Below are positions 11,048-23,373 of a DNA stretch of 64,000 nucleotides, in pieces. The DNA is from Octopus vulgaris. Lineage: Eukaryota. Location of the stretch: positions 36,580,001-36,644,000 of the forward strand of contig OX597825.1 of the NCBI GenBank assembly GCA_951406725.2, in the 5' to 3' direction. The position numbers were made by a program, and so were the translations under genes. The notes under the pieces were generated by a model. The model had not been told where the DNA came from. It saw nothing but the letters and a program-made list of their open reading frames with translations, and searched no databases. Within the stretch, counting starts at the first letter, position 1; every line of letters starts with the position of its first letter.

Positions 11048-12597
11048 TATATATATGCATGTATATATATATGCACATATATGTATGCATATATGTATGT
11101 ATGTATGTATATATATATATATATATATTTATATACATACATATATATACATATGCATATGTATATATATGTATTTATGCATGTCAAGAGAGCAAGAGAG
11201 AAAGAGAGTGTGTGAGAGAAAGACATACCCCCTTACCCACATACATACATACGTACATACATACATACATAAATTCATATATACCTATATACGCACACCA
11301 ACATATATTTGTGGGATGGGGGCGTGCATGCCCCCTGGAGATGAAATAAAAACTCATTAACTCACTTTATATTGAAAGTTTAAAAAGGAAAACTGTTATA
11401 AAACTGAAACATTTAGAAAAAATATCGGGAAAACTATCACATTCTTAGATTAATTAAAATGTGCATAACAAAATCATTAAGATCACAATTTTCGAGGCAC
11501 TCAAGCATCATTATGGATGCTCTAATGCCTAAAATTTTATAATTAAAATCCACAGAACACCTAAAATCTCCTTGCGAACTACTAATTCTTAGAGACATTC
11601 CATTCGAGAACAGCTGTAATAAGAGTTCGCGGAATGTGTATTCAGGGGACATAACTCTGATTTACATAAGTTTTAAAGGATGGTAACTCTAGAAATAGTT
11701 GTTGAAAAAAGTTGCTCATTTCTACCGTATTGGATACAAGATGCTTATCTCAATCTTACAGCAGTATTTACACTCTGATCAACACACTGTCTGTATTCCC
11801 AAGAATGTAATAGCTTAGCTCCGATTGAGTAGAACTATAATTAAAGATATTCAAATCATAACTGTTTCATCCTTTCTCAATCATATTGTAAACAAGAACT
11901 ACGTTATTTTCCGTTCTCACATTTTGAAGAGGATCAAGTGAGATTTTTGAAAGCCTTATGTCTGACATTGAAAAATTAGTATAAGAGTGTTCCCAAAATC
12001 ATTATAATAGCATTGTTGTTTTCTGCTATTTATCTCTTTCGATATATGCTAGGTTTTTTTTTTTTCGTGTTTATTCCTGCTATCTTTAATTACATCTGTA
12101 ATCCGGTTTCCGTATCTTTAATTACATCTGTAATCCAGTTTCCGTAAGTTCATGGAACCGAAGCATTAAATTTTTGACAAAGTGGATACCATCCCATATG
12201 TTTTTACCAAAATCTGGAAATCTGGGATGGTGGTAGGCGTAAATTACAACTGTGATATGATGTGAGGCATTGGTTACACAATACGAGGTTCAGAACCACA
12301 GATGTGGTGTAATAAAGATATAATAGAGTTTCTTGTTGGTGTTGTTGTTGTTGCAATTGTTATTATTAATGTTATTATTGTTATTGTTGCTGTTGTTATA
12401 TAGAATAGTTAACACGCTGGGCAAAATGCTTAGCGGCATTTCGTCCGTCTTTACTTTCTGAGTTCAAATTCCGCCGGGGTCGACTTTGCATTTCGTCCTT
12501 TCGAGGTTGATAAATTAAGTGCCAACGAAACACTGGGATCAATGTAATTGACTAGTCCCCTCCCACCAAATTTTAGGCCTTATGCCTATAGTTAAGA

Positions 12598-14986
12598 TGT
12601 AGCGACAGTCATTGATACCCATGTGGGATTGGAAGAATGGACTAGCCGAACTCTTATAAAGAGTAGCATATTGGTTGAGTCGTAGGAGTCGTTGAGAGTC
12701 CGTGCAAATCGTAGGAAGTTGTTGAGATCGTTGAAAGTTTGTATTTATTTGAGTATCGTGTTTTGTGGAGTAATTTGAAGTACATCGTGTAAAGACATTT
12801 GTGTCTATCCCCGCTTCGTGAAATCTGTATATCCAACGTATAGAAGGATATAAAAGTGGCGACGAGTTTACTCCAAACTTACGTCGGACGTTAACATTTT
12901 CTTTTGATCAAAAATCAAAGTAAAATTAGAAGATGGTGTTACTTTTACCGCATATTTCCGAAGATATGAAGAAATCTTCAAAGAGGAATGCAAAAATCGG
13001 ACGGATAATGAAAAGGTACGTCTACTTTTAAGAAAACTATCCCTTGTCGAACACGAAAAATAATGTGAAATTTGTTTCGATGAAACAATTAAATTGTTAT
13101 CGAAAATTTTCAGTGAGAGAAATTCCCATTTCAAGACGCACTAGGATTGTTTGAATTTAGTAAAAAAAAAAAAAAAAGATGATGAAGCTTTCGTCACCTA
13201 TGCAGGAGTCGTCAATCGATAATGTGAAAAATTCATACTAAAAGAATTAATACCGAACATGTTCAAATGTCTCATTTTTGTTCAAGGGTTAACTGCAAAC
13301 AAAGATGCAGAGATACGTGCCCAGATATTGACAAAATTAGAACAGGACCAGAATTTGATTCTGCAGGCAGTGGGAGAGGAATGACTGAGAATTATTAGTC
13401 TACGACATGACGCAAATAGTTTTTTTAAGAAAAGGATTACTCTCACATATATGCGTGACGACCTGTAACGATTAAGGAAAAAGGAAAACGAAGATCATGA
13501 CCCAATCTATGCTAAGAGTGCGGAGGTCTACATTTAAAAAAATTTTAATGCTTTAACTGCCGAAAAATCGGACGTAAAAGCAGAGTAAAAAAATGATCGA
13601 ACGAAAAGAATTCTGGAAAGGTTTTCTCAACAGAAAGTCTTGGCGAGGCTCACAAAAGAAAGTTTGTGTACATAAAAATTAATAATGTGAACGTGAAGCT
13701 ACATTTAGATACAGGCAGTGATATTACAATTATTAACACTGACACATGGAAAAAAAGTAGGAAAGCTTACATTAATGGAAATTTTAAGAATTGTGAAAGG
13801 TGTTTCAGGATAAAAATTACACTTTTTGGGCGAAATGATAACTGGGGTTACATTTCGGGGTAAAATCTTGGAAGCAAAAGTTTTTGTTTTAAATAGTGCA
13901 ACAAATTTGTTCGGTACTAACTAGATGGAATTGTTTAAATTATTCGACCTCCCCATAAATCTGTTCTGTAAAAATATAAATGGTTTCTTCCCCAGAAGAA
14001 ACAAGTCGTCAGATGAATTGAAAGAAAAAGTAAAAAATACTTTTCCTGAAGTTCTGTAAGATAAATCAAGTCTATGTACCAAGAGAAAGGGTGTTTTCAA
14101 ATGAAAAAAAAACTATACCAGTAAACGAATGATACCCTTCGCAGCGATGAAGCAAGTCAGTGAAGAACTAGAGAGACTAGAAAAAATTGGAGTTATCCAA
14201 AAAGTGAAGTATCCTAATTGAGCAGTACCAATTGTGTATATTAAGAGAAAGAATAATAAAATCAGAGTATGCAGTGATTTTTCCACTGGGTTAAATGAAT
14301 GTCTTAAAACGTCCTACTATCCGCTACATACTCCAGAGGATATTTTTGCGAAATTGAATGGTAGAAAGAGATTTTCTAAACTGGATCTCAAATTAGAGAA
14401 GACGATGAATGCTCGAAATACCCAGCAGTTAACACACACAAAAGACTGTACAAGTACACCAGGTTACCATTTGGTTTAAAAGTCTCACCAGCAATCTTTC
14501 AGCAGATGTTAGTAGATTTTGAATTCACAGTTCCATATCTGGATGATATATTCATTAAAAGCGAAACCAGAGATCAACATGTCGAGCACGTAAAATGTAT
14601 ATTTGAGAAAATTAAGGATTACGGCTTTACCTTGAATGAAGAAAAGTGTGTATTTTTCTTACCGGAAATAAGATATTTTGGACAAGACATTGAGAGAAAT
14701 GGACGACGACCTCACCCGTCGAGGGCAGATGCAATTAGAAATATACTTCCTTCGACTCATATAGCGACCTTACAAGCATTTTTAGGTCTTGCAAATTATT
14801 ACTAAAATTACATCCCAAATATGCATGAGGTTAGGGCTCCACTGAATGATTTGCCGAAAAAAGATATGAAATAGAATTGGTCAGAAAAGGCGTCTGACGA
14901 AATTAAAAAGTATTAATATCTGATTTGTTTTGTGGTCACTTCGATCCTGCAGCGGAGACAGTTGTGTCTGTCCCCACTTCGTGAAA
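12598..14986 (+). mobile_element. Degenerate Gypsy (Mag/K02A2.6-like) LTR retrotransposon with 3' deletion
   Basis: TG-started LTR ~12598-12853; PBS TGGCGACGAG at 12857-12866; protease LDTGSD; RT IRVCSDFS, YLDDI, FLGLANYY; many stops and frameshifts; ~30-bp LTR remnant at 14956-14987. Confidence 0.88.
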
Positions 14987-15649
14987 TCCTTTCGGTATCG
15001 ATAAAATATGTACTAGTTGTACACTGAGATCGATGTAATCGACTTATCCACCCCTCCCCCGCGGAATAACTGGCCTTTTGCCAACATTTGAAGTATTTTG
15101 GAGGTGATTTAATAAAATTTGTGAAATGTGCAAATCTTTTATTATTCCCAAAGATCGGATACTTTATGAACGCATCTCGTATTTCGAGGTTGTAATAACA
15201 TAACAATACCAATGACACATTCCATTCAAGTTATTGAATTGATGGTTTTTATGTAAATTAACATCATGTATATCTATCAAAGGGTAATTTTTAAGAATGG
15301 GGATCGTAAAAAAAAATAAATAAATAAATAAAATAAAATAAACTGGCACTCCGTTGATTATGACGAGTGTTCTAGTTGGCCCGAACAACGGAAGAGCCTG
15401 CACGTGAAATTAACAGGCATATGGGGCTGAGCACGCCACAGACACTCGTAACCCTTAACGTCGTTCTCAGGGAGATTCAGCGCGACTCAGAATGTGACAC
15501 AAGACTTGTCATTTGAATCACAGGTACTACTCATTTTTGCCAGCTGAGTGTACTAGAGCAACGTTAACTAATGCATCTTGCTCAAAGACACAGCGTACTG
15601 TTGGGTATCGAACTCATGACCATACGATCGTGAAACGAATATCCTAACC

Positions 15650-16200
15650 TCTTAAGATGAGAATCTTAAGGAAATAGATGAAAAACAAGATTAAAGGCTG
15701 TGTAGAGCGCTGAGATCCTGATTAATGTGGGCTGTCGCGGGAATTGGGATAAATTCAGAAAACTCTAAACTTCTTAAGAAACAAAAGAATGTTTAAAATA
15801 CCTTGAAAGGGAAAATAAAAGGCCGGGAGTTCTTATGATTTGGGTGGAGAACTCCTCGCATTCTAACTTGAAATTATTTGAAATCTCAATGAAAACATCT
15901 GAAGGAAAAATGTTTAAAACTTCAGAGCAAAATATATGTTGCAATGCTGAGGTAAGATTAATTATATTTCTTAGAATATAAGCACCACAAAGGAGTCTTG
16001 TCTTATCTACCAATACTTTATCTTTGCTTACTGAAAAAGGTTTCCTTGATATGCATTTTCGCTTTTCTCTGTTAGAAATTGCAGCTGAATCTCTTTTTAA
16101 ATGATACAATACTGTGATAAATGTGAAAGGGCCAGACTATCCAATATAAGTACAGGTGGCTGCTAAAGAATGGTCATGATTGGCATCCTTTTGGTCATTG
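15650..16200 (-). mobile_element. Probable CR1/L2-like LINE 3' remnant
   Basis: Degenerate ORF resembling an RT C-terminal region; weak similarity by eye only. Confidence 0.35.
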
Positions 16201-17142
16201 AATTGTAGGATCAGGATTCAGGTGGCTATGGAAAATCTACGTGGAAGCGCAATGGCCCGGTGGTTAGGGCAGCGGACTCGCGGTCGGAGGATCGCGGTTT
16301 CGATTCTCAGACCGGGCGTTGTGTGCGTTTATTGAGCAAAAACACCAGTAACAAAAGAAAGATACAAGGCCTGAAATATTGAGGCTTGCGGCTAGTCGAT
16401 TATATCGACCCCAGCACACAACTGGTACTTATTTTATCGACTCCCGAAAGGATGAAAGGCAAAGCCAATCTTGGTGGAATGTTATCTCAGAACGTAAAAT
16501 CGGAAGAAATGCTGCTAAGTTTTTTGTCCGGCGTGCGAACGATTCTGCCTGCTCGACGCTTTCGAATCATTTCCAGATAATCCTTTCTACTATTGGCCTG
16601 TGGTGGGAAGGGGAACAGTCAATTATATCAAACTCCAGTATTCAACTGTTACATATTTTATCAACCCCGAGACGGATGAAAGGCAAGATCGACCACAGAG
16701 AAATTTGAACTTAGAACGTAGAGACAGACGAAATGCCGCTAAGAATTTTGTCCTGCGCGCTAACGATTCTGTCAGCGCACTGCGCCAAATCATTTACAGC
16801 TAATAAAAGATACTGGTTGTTAGGTACAATGCAGATGGAAGTAGTTACCTACGTTCATTTGATCACCCAGTAACAAAAGAAAGAGAGGACAAAGACAATA
16901 GTGTTGTTTTAATGATGGCCTAAAGACCCGCAAATTTCAAAGCTACTTATCACTACTACAGAGATAAGTTTTACATATCTCAGTAGTGTATGTATGTATG
17001 TATGTATGTATGTATGTATGTATGTATGTATGTATGTATATACGTTTGTATGTCTGCATGCACCTATGTATGCTTCTGTGAAAATATGTATTTCCATAAG
17101 ATTGTGTATATATATATATACATATATACATTGTGTGTATGC

Positions 17143-17185
<43 letters not shown>

Positions 17186-17877
17186 TGTGTATGTATATGC
17201 ATATGTATATCTGTATGTATATACATATACATATATATACATATACATATCTACATGCATGTGAATATATATATGTATATGTATATACATACGTACATAT
17301 ATATATATATATACATACATACATACATACATACATACATACATACATACACACATACAAATATACCAACACACATACATGCAACGCACAGACAACTACA
17401 TAGTGTGCACGCGCGTATGTCTGTATGTCTGTATGTCTGTCTGGGCGTGTAGAAAAACCAACCGTTGTAAGCGAATGAGTATGCCTAGGTAATGCGTACT
17501 ATGTTTTTGCTGTCTGAGGTGCGTATATAATGGTGAGAAGACACAGACATCCGCTCCTGTTTGCTACCCTTTGAGCCAGCGGTACATCCAGTATTTGTAA
17601 ACTGTAGCGAGTGAGAGTTGCAGCAGTACTCAGCTGGTACACCATATCAGATACGTGAAATGAAGTTCCTTGGTCAAGGATACAACGTACTGCCCCGTAC
17701 GGGAATAGAGCATACAACATTGTGATCACGATCCAACACCCTAACTACTAAGCCATACGCAATATTTAATTATAAATATGAAGATCATTTTCCGTTAATT
17801 CATTGAAAAATCATTAGTGTTCGTAATTTTATTAAATGACAATAACTAATTTTTTTCCAATGAATTATATCAAAACA

Positions 17878-17905
17878 CTAGCTGGATTACCCGGCGTTGC
17901 CCGAG
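17878..17905 (-). mobile_element. Helitron 3' terminus (isolated)
   Basis: Minus strand CTCGGGCAACGCCGGG hairpin followed by CTAG, same signature as 21481. Confidence 0.7.
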
Positions 17906-19065
17906 TTCAGATTAGTAAACAATAAATATGAAGATATATTTTTTCTTATAATTATTTCAAAATATGTATATTTTGAAATAATTATGAACGATGTTACACG
18001 AATACGAATACAAAAATACGTAAAAACAATAATAATAACAAAAACAGGACGTCACAGACAGGAGTCTTTCGACAGGACGAGTAAACTTTGAGCTGGCGTG
18101 TTAGAAAAATGTCTTAGGGCAGAGAGAGAAAAAAATGTGTCTTGCCGCGACGACTGCTAAGCACGAAAGGCCGGCAATCGGTCAGTCAGTCACGTGTGAG
18201 AAGAGAGAGGAAAAGAGAGACAGAGAAAAAAAGGGGAACAAGGAACAAAGGAGGAGGAGAAGAGAGAGAGGGAGCGCGAGAAAGAGACAGATCATCAAAG
18301 TGGAGTGCAAAGTGTGAAAGGCAGAGAAATGTAGGAGAGGGGGGAGAGAGACAGTGTTATAGAGTCATACCAAGTTTAAAGAAATATGTACTTACATATA
18401 AGACCAAAGGGGTACGGGCGCCGGACGTCCTGTTTTTGTTATTATCATTATCATTATTGTTTTTACGTATTTTTGTATTCTTATTCGTGTAACATCGTCC
18501 GTTTTTCCGTCCTTGTTTTGTATACATTCGAGGCTTTCTTCGAAGGAATCTAATGCGCTTGGCTTAGATTTTCCTTTGGGGCTGGCCAGATCGGAGCAAT
18601 CTCAAGATTAATCAGCCGAAATTGCGAGGATAATCCGGTTCTTGACTGAAGATTGAAGGCTTCGAATGTCCCGTCCGTGTTTTTTGGGTATTTCTGTATG
18701 TACTTGGTATAACTGATGTGAGTAGAGGAAGGAATGGTTGTAATATGGAGATGTGTGTGGTGGTGATGATGGATTTATTTGCTATTCATTCTGCATATTT
18801 TAAGAATGGTCATTCATTCAGCAGATCTAAGGTTTGTAGTGCAATTTTTGTTCCATTTCATTCAAGACGTGATTCTCCTCAATAAATTCTAAAGCCAACA
18901 GGTGACCAGCTGCTATACATTGGGGCTCGTTGACCAAATTGTTTAATACCCCTCTTAGGGTGAATTTTTCACTAGTTCTGTTGTTATAGTATGTATCATT
19001 GGTATTTTAATTTGTTACTTGTTTTCAAAATATTTTTTCTAATCCCATGAGTGAAATTTTGTTTC

Positions 19066-21085
19066 TATGCTTACAAGATATGACCATCTCAGACAGTCTA
19101 TTTATCACGTTTTCCCTGGAGGTTACTATTTTCAAGGTTTCTTCAAGGCATATGTTACATACACGTGAAGACCCCCTTATATAATGAAGCATTTTTTATA
19201 ATGAACCAGTGGATTGTGTATTCTACTCCATTCTGTTTTAGCTTGTGGACGAGGTTCGACAGAGATGTAGAGTCCCTTTTATTTATATTGGAAAACGATG
19301 AGAGATGGTTTCTTAGACGTTTTCCAACATAATTAAAAGACACTCTACATCTCTGTTGAACCTCGACCACAGGCTAAAACAGAATGGAGTAGAATACACA
19401 ATCCAGTGGTGAATTATAAAAAAATGATGCACCATATAACGGGGCTTCATGAGTATGCAACAAATACCTTGAAGAAACCCTAAAAATAATAACATTCAGG
19501 GAAAAAAGTTATAAAAATCACTCTGAGATGGTCATATCATGTAAGTAAAGGATATTACGAAAATATAACCAGCTTCAAAGAAACAAAAATAATGGACAAC
19601 CTCCGAACTTTTCTAAAGAAGTATCAAAAAAGCCTAACTAACAAGGAAATTGAGTACATAAGCCACTTCAAATGCAAAACAAGCATTTTCTACAGCTTAC
19701 TGAAAATCCACAGATGCAAATTTATAGGTGATGTTTGTAAAGACTCAACAAGCAAATACATACAACTCACGCCTCCAGATGACTTAAAGTTTAGACTGAT
19801 CATAGCAGGATCTGCATGTGAAACCCACAGATTTAGTAACTTCTTGGACATTATTCTAAAACCCTTCTTAAAACACAGGCAGAGCTACATACGAGATGAC
19901 CTGAACATACTAAATCATCTACCAAAATCGGCAAATGAACACACAGACTTTGTTGCCTTCGATGTTAATAACCTACACACTAATATACCCTATAACTATG
20001 GAATAACTGTAATCAAATACTGGCTAGACACACACTAATCTGAGCTGCCCACATACACTGAAAAAGACTTCATCACTGACGGGCTAAAATTCATCTTCCA
20101 AAACAAACACTTTACCTTCATTGGTTCAGCAAACCAACAAATTTCAAGAACTGCAATGGGAACGAAAGTAGCCCCTACATATGACAATTTAGTCATGGAG
20201 TCCCTGAACTAAATAGTCACAGCCAATCCCGTCTTTTCTTCAGAGACACATTCCATACACAGCTAAAAAATAATTGGAATCGGTACCTGGATGATTGCTT
20301 TATCTTATGGCAGGAAAACCTGGATACTCTCACAAGATTCAAAAATTTGCTGAACAACTTATACAACATTCAATATACAATTGAGTTTAACACCAAAGAA
20401 CTTGCCCTCCTGGATATTTTAATCACCAACAAGAACGGGAAAATAGAAACGGGAGTATTCTATTAACTCACGGACTCCAAACAGTACCTCCTATTCACAT
20501 CATGCCATCGTAAACAAACTGAATATTCCCTTTAACTTAACAATACGAATTTGAACAATAATGTCAGAGCCCTCTAAGTGTGAACAAAGACAAGAAGAAC
20601 TTAGAAACATACTCATCCAAAGAGGATTCCCACTAGGCTTAATCACCAATGGAATAGACAGGGAAAAACATATTGATATACAGGAACTAAGGAAAGCGAA
20701 GATCAAAACAAAGAAAAGTATTTCACCATATGTGTTAACCTTCAATCCCAGAAACACTGAAATAGTTGACCTGATCCACAAAAACCTCTCCATTCTACTT
20801 GAAGAGGAATAAATGAAAAAAAAAAAATTCTGGAAACATACCAAATCATCAAAAATAAAAGACAGCCCAAAACACTCAAACAAATCCTCGCTGGTAGAAA
20901 AACACATAAACAGACACAGCCTAAGAGACTGTTTTAGCTGCATCCCCTATATTAAGAGTATTTTAGTTGACACTCCTGGGCCACAAGCGGAGACGGGTTG
21001 CTTATGCAAGGACAACAGCAGATGCCCAGCAGGAGGTCAATGCGAAACCAAGGATGTCGTATACGAAGCTGAAGTGATATCTGAC
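19066..21085 (+). mobile_element. Penelope-like element (RT + start of GIY-YIG region), degenerate, with 5' inverted repeat
   Basis: FRLIIAG, YIRD, FDVNNLHTNIP, AMGTKVAPTY, RYLDDC (20281), DSKQYL; Cys linker CLCKDNSRCPAGGQCETKDVVYEA; 19066-19280 inverted vs 19335-19548. Confidence 0.88.
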
Positions 21086-21480
21086 TCTAATAGCAGAAGT
21101 AACTTTTCCAGCAGCTACGGCTGTAGCAGAAATAGCAGCAGCACCATCGCTAATGATAATGTTAATAACGATAATATAAAGAACTACCACCACCACTATA
21201 GCGTCGACAAAGCTCCAACAATGACGATGGTTATAGCAGCACCAACGGAGTCACCAACAACGAATGACATCAAGAGCGCCAACACCGATGATGTCGCTAC
21301 GCCAGCATTCACAATGCCAACACCAGTACCGAAAACAACAGAAGCAGTAGTATCTACAACATCAACAAAAGCAGCAATGCCAACAACAGCATTCGAAAAT
21401 ACAGCGGATGTTCCAGAAGCACCTTCAAGCAGTGCCTCTCCAACCACCCATCTTCGTTTAGGATCTCACATATATATACA

Positions 21481-21977
21481 CTAGCAGTATCGCCCGGCGT
21501 TGCTCGGGTTTGTAAGGGAAATAACTATATAAGCATTTTTAGAGAGTTACTTCCCTTATAAATGCCAATTCGGGATTCTTAGCCATTTCTGTTTTGGTGT
21601 CTTCAAGCCATGAAGTCGTTGTTCTAAAAGAACGCTGGTCTCCTTGACAACGCTTTACGACGTTGATTTCCTTACACTCCCTTCCCCACAGCTTCACGAG
21701 GGAGGGAAGAAGGGGGATAAGCAAACAGGTGCAGGTGTGACCATGGACGCCAACTCCGCCGCCATCGACACACGAAAAATTATGCATTAAAATGGAATAA
21801 AAAATGATATTAAATTATTTTTAAAATCGTTGACTCATCGTAGACGCGCGCTAATACTCAGACGGGCTCGATATGAATCACGACTTTGGTTAAACTCCAC
21901 CGCAAAATGTGGGAGTAGTTAGGAATCTAAATCGAAGGGGACAGACACTCACACAACTACAGTTTTATATATATAGA
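21481..21977 (-). mobile_element. Complete non-autonomous Helitron (497 bp)
   Basis: Minus strand starts TCTATATATATAAAA, ends with hairpin CCCGAGCAACGCCGGG then CTAG; inserted between A and T, no TSD. Confidence 0.88.
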
Positions 21978-22253
21978 TATAATCGAACACACATACACAA
22001 GGTGTGTGTGTTGTTAGTTCGTAGGTCGAGAATATATACCTCGATGCGCTTGGTGTTAAAAACAACAATGGCAAATCATCGATGTCTGTCGCTCTGGGAA
22101 AGGCCCTGATGTGAGCTGACTCGCTTACCTATGACTTACTTTCAGGTGTTTTTAACATCAGGTGTATCGAGTAATACAATCTCTTATGACTAAAACGCAG
22201 CCGACCCATGAACTAATAACACACACTTTTTGTGTATGTGAGTTCGATTTTAT
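21978..22253. repeat. Long imperfect hairpin element about 0.8 kb upstream of gene B ATG
   Basis: About 21978-22064 pairs with about 22147-22253 in two stem segments; followed by (TA)n. Confidence 0.8.
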
Positions 22254-22277
22254 TTATATGCCGCGAGGTGTTTCTAA

Positions 22278-22344
<67 letters not shown>

Positions 22345-22847
22345 TAAACTACGCATTTTATTTTGATATGTCATGAAATAAATTTCTTAAGTAAATTGCT
22401 ACATTTTCTCAAATAGTTTGGTTGGTGAACTGCTGGAGTTCCACTTTTTTTTTTATTACATAGAAATCAAAGTGAAGTTATGCTCTAATAGTCTTACAGC
22501 TCACTGAATATATTTAATAAAAGTGTATTTTTTTTTTAGCATTGGCTTTGCTTCAGGATGTCATGTCTGAAAACACAGCTGGTCTAGACGTATTCAGATA
22601 TTTGTAGTGCTTTTGTTAATAAATATGTGTATGAGTGTGATTCAGGGAGACTATGCACGCGCGTGCGTGTTGGTGTGTGAATAAATGTGTTTGTGTATTT
22701 GGTTCAGTTGCCATTTGTTTGATATGAACTGTTAAAGATAAGATCCACTTAATAGTTGATACGAGATTCGATTTCCGTTGTTTTGACCTCTACGTCCTCA
22801 CTTTTCATACATAAGTAGAGTTTACACAAACACACGCTCACGTGCGT

Positions 22848-22893
<46 letters not shown>

Positions 22894-23042
22894 GTGTGCG
22901 CACATATTAACTCTCACACACACACATTTACATATACGTATACACATATCCATATGCACAAATAAATTTGCGTTTCTGTATAAATACATATGATTTTACA
23001 CAGGCTGGCGCGAAACAAACTTGAGAAGAACTAATTCAAAAT

Positions 23043-23339
23043 ATGCTTTTCTTAAATCATTTCTTTCTATTAATGACCCTATCTCTTATGTTCATGTCTC
23101 ATGGGACTAGTTTACCAGAAACATTATTTGGCAAAGCCTTCGCCGTTATCTGGAATGGACCAACCGAAAAATGTGAGACAAAATATGGGATTACATTTAA
23201 TTTTTCTCAGTATGACATTATCGATAATACCCATGATATTTTCCAAGGTGACAAGATGGTGATTTTTTACAACAATCAGCTTGGATTGTATCCCTACATC
23301 ATGCAGAACGGAAACGTGATAAATGGTGGCATACCGCAG
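23043..23339 (+). CDS. Hyaluronidase gene B, first coding exon (signal peptide + N-terminal GH56)
   Basis: Hydrophobic N-terminus MLFLNHFFLLMTLSLMFMSHG; FAVIWNGPTEKC, IFY, LGLYPY, NGGIPQ motifs; donor GTATGT at 23340; upstream acceptor-like ttttacacAG ending at 23003 suggests a non-coding 5' exon. Confidence 0.95.
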
Positions 23340-23373
23340 GTATGTTAAGATTTATTAATATTATTTATTTGGA

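Noticed and set aside
12081-12146. 32-bp tandem duplication (also three ~29-bp units at 4110-4197)
   Set aside because: Ordinary slippage-type local repeats; no further structure
16243-16345. tRNA-like sequence with A and B boxes
   Set aside because: No convincing acceptor stem and it continues into a SINE-type body; treated as a SINE head, not a tRNA gene
18568-18635. ggctg...cagcc GAAA hammerhead-like stem
   Set aside because: No CUGANGA-like core or UH triplet in register
20813-21484. 223-aa ORF with mucin-like Thr/Ala/Pro tail
   Set aside because: N-terminal part is PLE-derived and the tail is decayed trinucleotide repeat; no splice or signal evidence
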